Part shown: positions 1-10,425 of the stretch, in pieces | How the letters are laid out: each line of letters begins with the position of its first letter | Numbering within the stretch: position 1 is the first letter of the stretch | Assembly: GCA_964389675.1 (NCBI GenBank) | Contig: CAYMEV010000002.1 | Span: 186,001-250,000 of the forward strand | Direction: 5' to 3' | DNA from: an uncultured Candidatus Sumerlaeota bacterium | GTDB lineage: Bacteria; CAYMEV01 | DNA: 64,000 nucleotides | Program-made: the position numbers and the translations under genes | The notes under the pieces: generated by a model | What the model saw: only the letters and a program-made list of their open reading frames with translations | Database searches by the model: none | What the model was told of the DNA's origin: nothing

Positions 1-468
1 TCCCCCGAGGTATGATCCGACAATTGCCCTCATATCCTCTGAATAAGAGCTCATAGGCAGAAGTATATTGGGCCTGAGCAGGTCAACGTCCCTTCCCTGA
101 TTATGAAGTCCGTAAGGCATTTTCATCTTGCCGATCCTCAGTCCAAGTGCATCGGAGAAGTGATAATCTGCATAGCCCCAGTCAAGTACTATATTATTAT
201 TTCCAACCGGGCCAAGATCCCTCGAGAACAGCTGTGCACCTATCCTCAGTTTATCAGAGACCTGAGACTGAACATTCAGTCCGAATTCATTGAACTCAAA
301 AGTCCCTTCTTCTGTTTCTCCAAGATAATTATTATGATTGGATTTGAGATATCCCTGACTGATAAAGCCGTGAATCCTTAAGTCCAAAAGCCAGTTAGAT
401 GCAAGTAAACTGGATGATGTCACTAGAAGCATGCATAAAACCATTAAGAGAAAACGATTCTTTTGCAT
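1..468 (-). CDS. Putative outer-membrane beta-barrel/porin (partial, runs off window)
   Basis: Not in ORF track. Hand translation gives MQKNRFLLMVLCMLLVTSSSLLASNWLLDLRIHGFISQGYLKS...FNEFGLN...LRIGAQLFSRDLG...LDWGYADY...LRIGKMKMPYGLHN; signal peptide; SD AAGGAG at 475-480. Confidence 0.75.
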   Translation of the reverse strand, partial: MQKNRFLLMVLCMLLVTSSSLLASNWLLDLRIHGFISQGYLKSNHNNYLGETEEGTFEFNEFGLNVQSQVSDKLRIGAQLFSRDLGPVGNNNIVLDWGYADYHFSDALGLRIGKMKMPYGLHNQGRDVDLLRPNILLPMSSYSEDMRAIVGSYLGG

Positions 469-528
469 ATATTACTCCTTTCAAAATATTTGGTTTTTTG
501 TTTTTTGTTTGTTTTATTTATTAATTTA

Positions 529-557
529 ATTATAAATTAAATGATGTTATTAGTCAA
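529..557 (-). promoter_or_regulatory. Sigma70-type promoter for the porin gene
   Basis: Minus strand TTGACT-17 bp-TATAAT. Confidence 0.6.
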
Positions 558-620
558 ATTATTAGTAAAAATTATTTTTTTTATGACAATATTATTCCGT
601 AATTTTCCCGGTGTTTTATA

Positions 621-1718
621 ATGAAAATTATTATTGATGCCAGAAAGATCTCTGATTTTGGCATAGGTGAATATATAAGGCAGCTCCTTGTCAACTATAA
701 TAAATATATTAATAATGATGAATATCTGATACTTGTAAAAAACAAAGATGAATTCCCCTTAAAACTCAACAGCAATTTTCGTCTTATCAGTACTGATACA
801 GGCCTTTATTCGCTTAAAGAGCTTTTTTACCTGGGGCTGTTCATTAATGGCCTCAAGGGCGATATTATTCACTTTCCACATTTTACGGTACCCCTTTTCA
901 TTAAAGGCAGGGTAATAACGACAATACATGACCTTATTCACCTTAAATACATGGATTTGATGTTCAGCCCGCTGCATAAGTACTATCTCCTGCCTGTCCT
1001 AAAATATGCTATCAGAAGATCGGATGCAATTTTGACAGTCTCTGAGAAGACAAAAAATGATATCATACATTATTATGGTATCGGGAAAAAGAGGCTTGAT
1101 GTCATATATAACGGATTGAACGGTTTTGATGAAAACAGGGGCAAAAACGCCAGGCCAGGGAATATCAGGAGCCCTTATTTTCTATATGTAGGCAACCTTA
1201 AATTCCATAAGAACCTTATCAATATCATAAGAGGTTTTGCAATGTTTGAGAGAGAGGCTGGAAAGGATATCCGTATAGTCCTGGCTGGGGTTGAGAAGAA
1301 CAGATCCCTTGATGGTTTTTTAAGATATACAGACAGGTATATAGACCGCTCAAAAATAATAACAACAGGCTATCTTTCATCCGGCGGGCTTGCTAAGCTG
1401 TATGAAAACTCTCTGGGCTTATGCCTTATATCCCTTTGCGAGGGATTTGGCCTGCCTGCTCTGGAAGCAATGCATTTTCAAATCCCTGTTATTGCATCAA
1501 AGGATTCACCCATGGAGGAATTTTTAAAAGAAAACGGCATTTATGTTGATCCTTATTCCATAAAAGAAATTAAAAATGCTTTTTCCTATGTCTACAATAA
1601 CCAGCAATCCCTTAGAAAAAGTGTTGATAAGGCGAGGTTAAAAGATTTTCAATGGAGCATATCAGCTGAAAGAACCTATAATGTATACAGAGAGGTTTAT
1701 GAAAGTGCAGAAGAATAA
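621..1718 (+). CDS. Glycosyltransferase family 4 (MtfB-like)
   Basis: TIHDLI, KFHKN and EGFGLPALEAM motifs. Confidence 0.9.
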   Translation: MKIIIDARKISDFGIGEYIRQLLVNYNKYINNDEYLILVKNKDEFPLKLNSNFRLISTDTGLYSLKELFYLGLFINGLKGDIIHFPHFTVPLFIKGRVITTIHDLIHLKYMDLMFSPLHKYYLLPVLKYAIRRSDAILTVSEKTKNDIIHYYGIGKKRLDVIYNGLNGFDENRGKNARPGNIRSPYFLYVGNLKFHKNLINIIRGFAMFEREAGKDIRIVLAGVEKNRSLDGFLRYTDRYIDRSKIITTGYLSSGGLAKLYENSLGLCLISLCEGFGLPALEAMHFQIPVIASKDSPMEEFLKENGIYVDPYSIKEIKNAFSYVYNNQQSLRKSVDKARLKDFQWSISAERTYNVYREVYESAEE

Positions 1719-2802
1719 AATAGCACTTATTCATGATTGGCTGACAGGGCTGAGAGGGGGAGAGCTTGTTTTAGAAAACATTCTCAATGTTGTAGAGCAC
1801 GCTGATATATATACCCTCTTTTACAAAAGGGGTTCAGTGTCGGAGATCATTGAGAGTAATCCAATTACATCAAGCTTTTTGGACAAGATACCCTTTTCAG
1901 GTTCTTTTTACAGGCATCTTCTGCCGGTTATGCCAATTGCAGTGGAGTCTTTTGACATTACAAAATATGATATTATAATCAGTTCAAGCCATTGTGTTGC
2001 AAAGGGAGTGATTCCAAATCCTGAGGCAATACACATATGCTATATGCATACCCCTATGAGGTATATCTGGGACCAGGCATATACTTACTTCAAACTTGAC
2101 AAGCTCGGGCTGAAAAGCCTTATAAGGGGGCATATACTCAGCCGTTTGAGGCAGTGGGATGTAGTATCAGCCAACAGGGTGGATTATTTTATAGCTAACT
2201 CAAGATTTGTTCAGAGCAGGATAAAGAAGTATTATAACAGAGAGTCCACTATTATCCATCCTCCATGTGATACAGAATATTTTGGAGATATCCGGCATAA
2301 TAAGGAGGATTTCTATCTCATGGTATCTGCATTGAACCAGTACAAGAAGGTTGATATTGCCATAAAATGCTTTAACCAGACGGGGAAAAAGCTTATAATA
2401 GTAGGATACGGCCCAATGTACAGGAAGCTGAAGTCAATGGCCGGGAAAAACATTGAGTTTTATCAAAGGCTTAAAAGGGAGACCCTTAGGGAATTATACC
2501 AAAAAGCAAAAGGGTTCATTCAGGTATCTGTTGAGGATTTCGGTATGGCTGCCGTTGAAGCTCAGTCTGCATTTACTCCTGTTGCTGCGTTTGGCAGGGG
2601 AGGTGCGCTGGAAACTGTTGCGGATGGCAAAACGGGGGTATATTTTCATGAACAGAATGAAGAAAGCATGAAAAAAGCACTTGACCTCATGGAAAAAATG
2701 GATATAGTACATGAAAATTTTTTGAATAATGCAGATAAATTTTCCAAAGCCAGGTTTCAAGCCAGTTTTTCTGATTTTTTGGCTGAAAGGGGGATGCAGT
2801 AG
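1699..2802 (+). CDS. Glycosyltransferase family 4 (WbaZ-like)
   Basis: HDWLTGLRGGE, HTPMRYIWD and EDFGMAAVEAQ motifs; start moved to ATG 1699 after GAGG. Confidence 0.9.
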   Translation: MKVQKNKIALIHDWLTGLRGGELVLENILNVVEHADIYTLFYKRGSVSEIIESNPITSSFLDKIPFSGSFYRHLLPVMPIAVESFDITKYDIIISSSHCVAKGVIPNPEAIHICYMHTPMRYIWDQAYTYFKLDKLGLKSLIRGHILSRLRQWDVVSANRVDYFIANSRFVQSRIKKYYNRESTIIHPPCDTEYFGDIRHNKEDFYLMVSALNQYKKVDIAIKCFNQTGKKLIIVGYGPMYRKLKSMAGKNIEFYQRLKRETLRELYQKAKGFIQVSVEDFGMAAVEAQSAFTPVAAFGRGGALETVADGKTGVYFHEQNEESMKKALDLMEKMDIVHENFLNNADKFSKARFQASFSDFLAERGMQ

Positions 2803-2805
2803 CCT

Positions 2806-4230
2806 ATGTTAAAGAAGTATCATCAGTTTGTTGTTGCATTGTTTATACTGGTCGATATTGGCCTGACCAACCTCTGCTTTGTCATCTCTTATTATCTCAG
2901 GTTCTACACAAACCTTTTCGACTTCATACAGCCATCCCGTGCTCTTCCTCAATATGATTACCTTTCAGGTGTCACTTTCTTCTTTATATCCTTTATCTGG
3001 ATTATTGTATTTAAATTCTCCGGCCTTTATCAGCCAAGAAGAGGCAAATCCCTCGTAGAAGAGGTTTTCACAATACTTAATGCTGTAACCCTGTCAATGT
3101 TTATCCTTGTCGTGTTTATGTTTTTTCAGAGGGATATAGAGTATTCAAGGCTTGTAATCGGCCTGTTCTGGTTTTTGAATTTTGTCTGTGTAGCCTCATC
3201 CCGAACATTGATCAGGCTTATACTCAGAGAGTTCCGCAAAAGAAAGTATAACCTGAGGCATGTTATTATAGTAGGATCAGGAAAATCTGCAGAGGGAGTC
3301 ATCAGAAGCCTTATAAAGCATTCCTATTATGGGCTCAATATAAAAGGCCTTGTCGATGATGATGAAAACATTCAGAATAAGGCTTTATACGGTGTAAAGG
3401 TTCTTGGCAGGACCAAAGACCTGCTGGATATTGTTAAAAGGGACAATATAGATCAGGTTTTTATTGCACTTCCACATCACCAGTTTCATAAGGCCTCAGA
3501 GATCATAAACAGGCTCAAGACAGAGGTAGTTGATATTAAACTGATACCGGATGTACATGAGCTTATACTTCTACGGTCAAATATAGAATCCCTTGATGGA
3601 ATACCGATCATCGATATATCTCATACCCCCCTTACAGGCTGGAACAGCCTTGTGAAAAGGATATTCGATGTTATAGCATCGATGGCCGGGCTTATTGTAT
3701 TTGCCCCCCTCATGCTTCTCATAGCTATTCTGATAAAGCTGACAAGCAGGGGCTCGGTGTTTTTTTCCCAGAAGAGAATGGGAATTGATATGAAAATATT
3801 TAATATGTACAAATTCAGGACAATGAAAGAAGATGCCGAGATTGAGTGTGAGGGAGTAACTACAGGCTGGACAATAAAGGATGACCCGAGGCGCACGGGA
3901 TTTGGGATTTTCCTGAGAAGATCGGGCCTTGATGAGCTGCCTCAGCTGATCAATGTACTGAAGGGAGAGATGAGTATTGTCGGCCCGAGGCCTGAAGTCC
4001 CGGGACATGTAGAGGTATTTAAGGATAAATACCCGGAATATATGCTCAGGCATAAGGTAAAGAGCGGAATTACAGGCTGGGCTCAGGTCAACGGATGGCG
4101 CGGTGATACTTCAATCAGCAAAAGGGTTGAATGTGATCTGTTCTATATAGAAAACTGGTCATTCAAGCTTGACATGCAGATTATCTACAAGACTCTTCTC
4201 ACGGGCAGCTTCAATAAAAACGCATATTAG
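2806..4230 (+). CDS. wcaJ: Undecaprenyl-phosphate glucose phosphotransferase
   Basis: N-terminal TMs, Rossmann-like domain, KRIFD, KFRTM, DELPQ, VGPRPE and GITGWAQVNG motifs. Confidence 0.9.
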   Translation: MLKKYHQFVVALFILVDIGLTNLCFVISYYLRFYTNLFDFIQPSRALPQYDYLSGVTFFFISFIWIIVFKFSGLYQPRRGKSLVEEVFTILNAVTLSMFILVVFMFFQRDIEYSRLVIGLFWFLNFVCVASSRTLIRLILREFRKRKYNLRHVIIVGSGKSAEGVIRSLIKHSYYGLNIKGLVDDDENIQNKALYGVKVLGRTKDLLDIVKRDNIDQVFIALPHHQFHKASEIINRLKTEVVDIKLIPDVHELILLRSNIESLDGIPIIDISHTPLTGWNSLVKRIFDVIASMAGLIVFAPLMLLIAILIKLTSRGSVFFSQKRMGIDMKIFNMYKFRTMKEDAEIECEGVTTGWTIKDDPRRTGFGIFLRRSGLDELPQLINVLKGEMSIVGPRPEVPGHVEVFKDKYPEYMLRHKVKSGITGWAQVNGWRGDTSISKRVECDLFYIENWSFKLDMQIIYKTLLTGSFNKNAY

Positions 4231-4247
4231 AACTAGGAGGACACAAA

Positions 4248-5555
4248 TTGGATATATCAATCATAGGTACAGGCTATGTAGGTTTAGTAACTGCTGCTGT
4301 ATTTGCAGACCTCGGAAATAATGTTGTCTGTCTTGATAATGACCAGGCTAAGATCAGGGGGCTGAAAAATGGCATAATGCCAATTTATGAACCCGGCCTG
4401 GCTGAAATGGTAAAGAAGAACTATGAAGCCGGAAGGATGGTATTTACTACAGATTATAAAACGGCTGTTGAGAGATCAGAAATTATCTTCATTGCAGTGG
4501 GGACTCCTCCTGGAGGCGACGGTGAGACAGATCTTTCGCAGGTATCCGATGCTGCAGAAAAGATCGCCGAGTTTTTTAACGGCTATAAAATTATTGTAAA
4601 CAAAAGCACTGTTCCTGTTGGTACAGGTGATCTTGTGAAGAATATTATAATGAAAAAAACAAAGAATAAATATTGCTTCGATATCTGCTCAAACCCGGAA
4701 TTTCTAAGGGAGGGCGATGCCATTCATGATACCCTTTATCCTGACAGGATTGTAATAGGAGCTGAAAAAAGGGATGTTGCAATGAAGCTTTTAGAGCTTT
4801 ATTCCAGTCTCGAAAGGCCTATGATAATTACGGATGTGAGGTCAGCCGAAGTGATCAAATATGCCTCTAATGCATTCCTGGCAACAAAGATATCATTTAT
4901 AAATGAAATTGCAAATCTATGCGAAAAATGCGGAGCCGATATAAATGATATAAAACGCGGGATGGGAATGGATTCCAGGATAGGAAGCCAGTTCCTGAAT
5001 GCCGGGCTGGGATATGGCGGGTCCTGCTTCCCGAAAGATTCCCTCTCTCTGATCAATACAGCTGAAAAATACGGGATTGATTTCAAACTCCTGAAAGATG
5101 TAGTTAATATCAATAATAGCAGGTCTCATCATTTTGTCTCACTGATAAGAGAAAGGTATAAGGAATTAAAGGGAAAGGTCATTGCAGTATTTGGGCTGAG
5201 CTTTAAGCCTAATACTGACGATATGAGGGAGGCAAAAAGCATTGAGATCATAAAGCTGCTAAAGAAGGACGGCGTGATCATAAAGGCTTTTGATCCCATT
5301 GCAGCAGAAAAAGCAAAAGCAATAATGCCTGATATAATATACTGCGATGATCCTTATGAAGCGGCGAGGGATGCTGATGCAATTCTGCTGGTAACAGAAT
5401 GGAGAGTATTTAAATTTCTTGATATGAAGAGGATCAGAACCCTTATGAAAACACCGGTCATATTTGATGGCAGAAATCTTTACAAGAAAAAGCAGAAGGA
5501 AGAAATGGGCTTTGAGTTTTATGCCCTGGGGGTTTCCAATAATAATGCGAAATAA
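4248..5555 (+). CDS. ugd: UDP-glucose 6-dehydrogenase
   Basis: GTGYVG, NPEFLREG, GYGGSCFPKD and FKPNTDDMRE motifs; TTG start after AGGAGG. Confidence 0.95.
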   Translation: MDISIIGTGYVGLVTAAVFADLGNNVVCLDNDQAKIRGLKNGIMPIYEPGLAEMVKKNYEAGRMVFTTDYKTAVERSEIIFIAVGTPPGGDGETDLSQVSDAAEKIAEFFNGYKIIVNKSTVPVGTGDLVKNIIMKKTKNKYCFDICSNPEFLREGDAIHDTLYPDRIVIGAEKRDVAMKLLELYSSLERPMIITDVRSAEVIKYASNAFLATKISFINEIANLCEKCGADINDIKRGMGMDSRIGSQFLNAGLGYGGSCFPKDSLSLINTAEKYGIDFKLLKDVVNINNSRSHHFVSLIRERYKELKGKVIAVFGLSFKPNTDDMREAKSIEIIKLLKKDGVIIKAFDPIAAEKAKAIMPDIIYCDDPYEAARDADAILLVTEWRVFKFLDMKRIRTLMKTPVIFDGRNLYKKKQKEEMGFEFYALGVSNNNAK

Positions 5556-6162
5556 TATCATTTTTGCCGTTTTACTCATTTCCATGCTTCTGAGCTGCTC
5601 CCAGCCAATGAACTATGTCTATCTTATGCCGGCAGAAAATCCATATGCAAAAGCGGGAAATGATTTTTTATCATATAATAATGGCATTATAAATATTGAG
5701 CTGGAATCAGTAAGGGGAATGGAAAAAAGTGAAATAGGGAGAACCCTCAGGTATTCCGATATTGAAAGTTTTATGAAAGATTATCATGTCATAAGGATGA
5801 AAGCCCAAAAGCTTGTGGATACAAAAGTGTCAGTAAATTTCGATAATATAGTCCTTATCATAAGCCAGTACAATCAAAAACAGCCACTTAACTACTTTGA
5901 CCTCCTGATGATCGCCGAGAAGAACAATGATAAGAAAATGCGAGAATTTATAAGATCCTATATTAAGAAAGGCAGGGTGCTTTTAGAAAAAGATATGCCT
6001 GCTGAGGCCTGCCTTGTTTTTTCAAAAATCAGCCCGAATGACCAGAGAGCGGTCCTGACATTGAATGATATATATTCTGACTCAGAGTCTTTTAAGGCTG
6101 AAATATTCTTTTCCATCAATGTCAGCAGGGACAGTGATATAAAAGAAAGATTAGGATTCTGA
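5545..6162 (+). CDS. Hypothetical lipoprotein
   Basis: MRNNIIFAVLLISMLLSC lipobox from ATG 5545, overlapping the ugd end. Confidence 0.6.
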   Translation: MRNNIIFAVLLISMLLSCSQPMNYVYLMPAENPYAKAGNDFLSYNNGIINIELESVRGMEKSEIGRTLRYSDIESFMKDYHVIRMKAQKLVDTKVSVNFDNIVLIISQYNQKQPLNYFDLLMIAEKNNDKKMREFIRSYIKKGRVLLEKDMPAEACLVFSKISPNDQRAVLTLNDIYSDSESFKAEIFFSINVSRDSDIKERLGF

Positions 6163-7131
6163 TATCTTCTCTACTGTAATTGAATCTTCTGAAATATACA
6201 GAGTCAGCTTACCGGGCATCCTTACTTTTCCCTTTCTTTTTTCAATATGACAGACGATCTCTGATATAAGGCTGTGCGATACAGCCTTATTGTCCTGATA
6301 GATCTGCAGCAGGAATGATCTTATAATCTCATACTGTATTGCCTTGTGCAGATTCATATATTCCGTGATATTAATCTGAAAAGCATTGTTTTCGGAGTAA
6401 GAGTGTTTTAGAAGATAATCCCTGACTACTGATTCGAAATAATCCTTCTGTACTGCAGTACGGGATGCCAGATTGCTTATTATCGCGTATATTCCTGGAA
6501 ATCTATCCTCAATACCCGGAATTATTCTGTGCCTTAAGAAATTCCTGTCATGGCTTATATCTTGATTTGAAGGGTCATTCAGGAAGCTCAGCCGGAATTT
6601 TTCCGCAAAATTCAGTATCTCTCCTTTTTTTATATGCAGCAGAGGCCTGATTATGGATCCGGACCTGATTTTGATCCCTAAAAGCGGATTTCCTATATTG
6701 CCTTTGAAAAGCGAGAGCAGAACCGTTTCCAGATTATCACCCGCATGGTGGGCTGTGGCAATGACAGAATCATTGAAATTTTCCATAATTTCTCTATATA
6801 TCCTGTACCTTTCATGGTGAGCCCATTCTTCCAGACTCCTGGACAGGTCTCTGCCCCCTGGATAAAGACGCCTTAATATCAAAGGTACTCCATTGTCCAT
6901 ACTGAATTGTATGGCCCATCTCTCCTCATAATCTGATTCTGGACGTATATTATGATTGATATGCAGAAGGTAAAGGCTGCAGTCCATTGAATGCTTCAGG
7001 CTGTTAAGTATATAAAATAAGGCCGTGGAATCAGCCCCCCCTGAAAATGAAACAAATACTTTCTGGCATTTCCTGATGAGCTGGTGTTTTTGAATAATGC
7101 CCGAAACCTTTTTTATAATTATATCTCTCAT
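6151..7131 (-). CDS. tilS: tRNA(Ile)-lysidine synthetase (short form)
   Basis: SGGADS PP-loop, HINH, TAHH, RPLL and DPSN...RNFLR motifs. Confidence 0.92.
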   Translation of the reverse strand: MRDIIIKKVSGIIQKHQLIRKCQKVFVSFSGGADSTALFYILNSLKHSMDCSLYLLHINHNIRPESDYEERWAIQFSMDNGVPLILRRLYPGGRDLSRSLEEWAHHERYRIYREIMENFNDSVIATAHHAGDNLETVLLSLFKGNIGNPLLGIKIRSGSIIRPLLHIKKGEILNFAEKFRLSFLNDPSNQDISHDRNFLRHRIIPGIEDRFPGIYAIISNLASRTAVQKDYFESVVRDYLLKHSYSENNAFQINITEYMNLHKAIQYEIIRSFLLQIYQDNKAVSHSLISEIVCHIEKRKGKVRMPGKLTLYISEDSITVEKISES

Positions 7132-8204
7132 AAAAGGGCCTTTTTTTTAATAATGCCATGATCTTGCAGGTAGGCAAGCTGACCGCAGGCGGCAAGTATG
7201 TCATCCCCTCTGGTCTGCCTTAAATGCGCAGAAAGCCTGTTCGCTTTCAGGTGTTTCTGAAAAGCAGTTATTCTTTCTGCGGGCGATGGCTGGTATTTCG
7301 AATCTTTTCCACTGTTGCAGGGTATTATATTTACCTTGAAGCAGCTTTTTCTTGTAATAATCCTTAGAAGGTTGTCTGCATCTGACAATGAGTCGTTAAA
7401 ATCCCTTATCATAATGTATTCAAGAGTAACCCTCTCTTTCTTTTTCAGCGAAAATTCCACTGCAATATTGATTAATGGTTCGATGTGCCATTTTTTTGCA
7501 CAGGGCATTATTAATTCACGCTTTGACTGATCAGCTGAGTTCAGAGAGATTGCAAGCTGAGGGGAGCGCTTATCCTGTATAAGCTTCTCTATCGCTTCAA
7601 TATGGCCGCATGTTGAGACAGTCATCCTGTTTCTGGACAGTTCATACCCCCCTGATTGAGAGAGTATCTCCACAGAGCTCAGTACATTGTCATAATTATC
7701 AAGCGGTTCACCCATGCCCATAAATACAAGGTTTGATATCCTTTTTTTCTCTGTTTCAAAAAGGTAGCTGTTAAGATAGCCAAACTGCTCTACTATCTCT
7801 GAAGGCAAAAGATTGCGCCTGAAACCCATTTCAGATGTCCTGCAGAATTTGCAGCCGAACCTGCAGCCAACCTGTGAAGATATGCAGGCTGTATAACGGT
7901 CATTATTGGAAAGCAGTACAGATTCAATAAAGTTCTTGTCATCAAGCATGAAAAGGATCTTTTTTGTAGTATCTTTTGAAATTTTTATCTCTGCAGGTTC
8001 AATCTTCCTGAAATAAAACCAATCATTGCACTTCTTTCTGAAATCTTTTGAGAAATTTGTCAATTCCTCAAAATCCCTTTTTCTAAATTTATGCAGAAAT
8101 GAAAAAAGCTGTGAAGCGCGGTATGATGTATACCCCCTTGAAATGAAAAAATCCTTCAGCTGTCCTATTGTCATATCTCTTGGATCAATTAATTCCTGAT
8201 TCAT
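7128..8204 (-). CDS. rlmN: 23S rRNA A2503/tRNA A37 C2-methyltransferase
   Basis: CISSQVGCRFGCKFC, MGMGEP and AACGQL motifs. Confidence 0.95.
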   Translation of the reverse strand: MNQELIDPRDMTIGQLKDFFISRGYTSYRASQLFSFLHKFRKRDFEELTNFSKDFRKKCNDWFYFRKIEPAEIKISKDTTKKILFMLDDKNFIESVLLSNNDRYTACISSQVGCRFGCKFCRTSEMGFRRNLLPSEIVEQFGYLNSYLFETEKKRISNLVFMGMGEPLDNYDNVLSSVEILSQSGGYELSRNRMTVSTCGHIEAIEKLIQDKRSPQLAISLNSADQSKRELIMPCAKKWHIEPLINIAVEFSLKKKERVTLEYIMIRDFNDSLSDADNLLRIITRKSCFKVNIIPCNSGKDSKYQPSPAERITAFQKHLKANRLSAHLRQTRGDDILAACGQLAYLQDHGIIKKKALL

Positions 8205-8275
8205 TGAATTTTATCCTTGTTTTTAATCGAAAATAAAATATAATTCCAAGATGTGATCTTTCAATAAAAATATTC

Positions 8276-8809
8276 ATGATAAAAATGTGGTATCACCATT
8301 ATAATAACCATAAAGTATATATAGACACCTGCAGGGAAGAATATTCCGAAGCAATAATTACCCTGGAAAGAGATTCTTTCAGCGATCCATATGACAGTAT
8401 GGATAAACTTTTTCCTGACACGCTCAGGGAATATATTATTATCATGTATATCTTTTCTCAAGAGAATTCAATTGGTTTTCTGAGAGGATTATTGACAAGG
8501 CCCTCTGTGAATATTGACAGGTTTGCCATAAATAAACTGCATCAGCACAAGGGATTCGGCAGGCTTCTGCTTTATTTCTTTCTTGGTTATTCCCTCTTTA
8601 ATCATAAAATTGAGCTTGTACAGCTTGAAGTCAATTCCAGAAACTTTTCCGGCATATCATTATATAAAAAAGCGGGTTTTAATATTACCGGCATCAGAAA
8701 GGACTACTATGGAGACGGCCAGGATGGACTGCTTATGGATCTGACAATAAAAGAACATATTGAGCTTATAAATGTAGAATATAAAAAATGGAAAAAGGAG
8801 AGAGCATGA
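8276..8809 (+). CDS. GNAT N-acetyltransferase, RimI-like
   Basis: QHKGFG, LEVNSRN and GIRKDYY motifs. Confidence 0.75.
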   Translation: MIKMWYHHYNNHKVYIDTCREEYSEAIITLERDSFSDPYDSMDKLFPDTLREYIIIMYIFSQENSIGFLRGLLTRPSVNIDRFAINKLHQHKGFGRLLLYFFLGYSLFNHKIELVQLEVNSRNFSGISLYKKAGFNITGIRKDYYGDGQDGLLMDLTIKEHIELINVEYKKWKKERA

Positions 8810-9054
8810 ACAATAACTATGAAAATTCAAAGAAGTACCTTCTGGACAATTCTCAGGAATTCAAAAATCATTATATGGAGCATAAAGCCATTCATGAGAA
8901 GATAGATTCTATTGAGAAGAAGATAGTTTTATCTGATTCCGAAAGACTTGATATCAAGAACCTTAAAAAACAGAAGCTCTTTCTTAAGGACAGGATGGAG
9001 GAAATGATTTATAATCACATCAAATCAAAAGAAGGCATGAATATATCATTTTAA
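8806..9054 (+). CDS. DUF465/YdcH family coiled-coil protein
   Basis: LKKQKLFLKD motif; ATGA overlap with upstream gene. Confidence 0.75.
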   Translation: MNNNYENSKKYLLDNSQEFKNHYMEHKAIHEKIDSIEKKIVLSDSERLDIKNLKKQKLFLKDRMEEMIYNHIKSKEGMNISF

Positions 9055-9102
9055 TTTCTTTCACCTGAAAAATAATAATAACTTAATACAGCAGCATTAA
9101 TT

Positions 9103-9936
9103 ATGGAAAGACCTCATTTTCGTGTAATAATTATATTTATTGTACTCCTTGTAATATCATTCCTCCTTATTACCTACCAGCTAAGGATTAAAATGTTTGC
9201 CCCATCCTTCAGAAAGGTACTGTTTGACTATCTTTCCCCTCTGGAATATGCTGTGACCTATATACCTGACAGCCTGGACTATCTGAAAAGAAATTATAAT
9301 TATTTCTTAAATCAGAAAGCAAAGATAAAACTGCTGGAGAAAGAGAATGTATATCTGAGGAATATGATAAATGACCTTTATGCCTATAAAAAGGAGTTTA
9401 TCAGACTTGAAAAATTAATGGGTTTCCATAAACAGGAGATCATAAGGTATATTCCTGTAAAGAGCATAGGAATGTCAGGCTTCAGCATGAATAGAGACAT
9501 TATAATTGACAGGGGTATCGACAGCAATATACGGGAGTATGATACGATACTGAGTGAGAAGGGTCTCCTGGGATATGTAGTGGAAGTACATAATACTTTT
9601 TCAATAGTAAGAACTATAATCTCAAGCAAGACCGCTGTAGCCGTATACCTTGAAACTGACGGGATAAACGGCATAATTAAAGGGAACGGGACCCTTACAG
9701 GGAATCTTTATTATGTCCCCCAGAATCTTGATGTTACTTTTCCGCAGAAGGTGTATACATCAGGCCTGGACGGGGTATTTCCCAGGAATATCTTTGTGGG
9801 AGAGGTCATCAAATATGAAAAGGACCCGTCAAAATTCTTCTATGACATATATGTTGATTTAAACAGCTCTCCATACTCATCCAGATACCTTTACCTCCTT
9901 CAAATAAACAAAAAGACAGAGGATGACAGCAATTGA
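9103..9936 (+). CDS. mreC: Rod shape-determining protein MreC
   Basis: N-terminal TM, coiled coil, IDRG and TSGLDGVFP motifs. Confidence 0.9.
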   Translation: MERPHFRVIIIFIVLLVISFLLITYQLRIKMFAPSFRKVLFDYLSPLEYAVTYIPDSLDYLKRNYNYFLNQKAKIKLLEKENVYLRNMINDLYAYKKEFIRLEKLMGFHKQEIIRYIPVKSIGMSGFSMNRDIIIDRGIDSNIREYDTILSEKGLLGYVVEVHNTFSIVRTIISSKTAVAVYLETDGINGIIKGNGTLTGNLYYVPQNLDVTFPQKVYTSGLDGVFPRNIFVGEVIKYEKDPSKFFYDIYVDLNSSPYSSRYLYLLQINKKTEDDSN

Positions 9937-10424
9937 AATATCTTAAGCTAATCTTAATACTCATTCTTATGCCTTTTATCGAGCTTTTTATCCTGAACCG
10001 CTATATAACAAATATTATTGAGATTAATATTCTATTTTCGCTTGCAGTATATATATCCCTTAAAGAAAATGAGAATATCCTTTTTCTTGCTTTTATCACA
10101 GGCATTATATCAGATATTTTTAACAATGATATTGTTGGGATCAATGCTGTACTGTTTCTTGTCGTCAGCTTCGTGATCTATTATTCAAAAAGCTTCGTAA
10201 TTATTGCATCCAGGTTTGCTGAAAGCCTGATGCTTGCTATCTCTTTCATCCTTTATCTGATGATTAAGCTTCTTTTGATATATTTTACAGACAGCAATAT
10301 AATGGTTGATTATTCCCTTTATATGATCGTAAAAACACTGTTTTTAAACATCTTGACGGGTCTGTTTCTCTTTTATGTCTTCGACTGGATTTCATTATGC
10401 GGAGATTCGCAGGCTACCAGTTGA
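9933..10424 (+). CDS. mreD: Rod shape-determining protein MreD
   Basis: Multi-TM, GIISD motif, located between mreC and mrdA. Confidence 0.8.
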   Translation: MKYLKLILILILMPFIELFILNRYITNIIEINILFSLAVYISLKENENILFLAFITGIISDIFNNDIVGINAVLFLVVSFVIYYSKSFVIIASRFAESLMLAISFILYLMIKLLLIYFTDSNIMVDYSLYMIVKTLFLNILTGLFLFYVFDWISLCGDSQATS

Positions 10425-10425
10425 T

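Noticed and set aside
103-381. 92-aa plus-strand ORF
   Set aside because: Antisense shadow of the porin-like gene, which has an SD, promoter and signal peptide.
490-520. T-rich GTTTTT run as a phase-variable repeat
   Set aside because: Irregular units in an AT-rich intergenic region.
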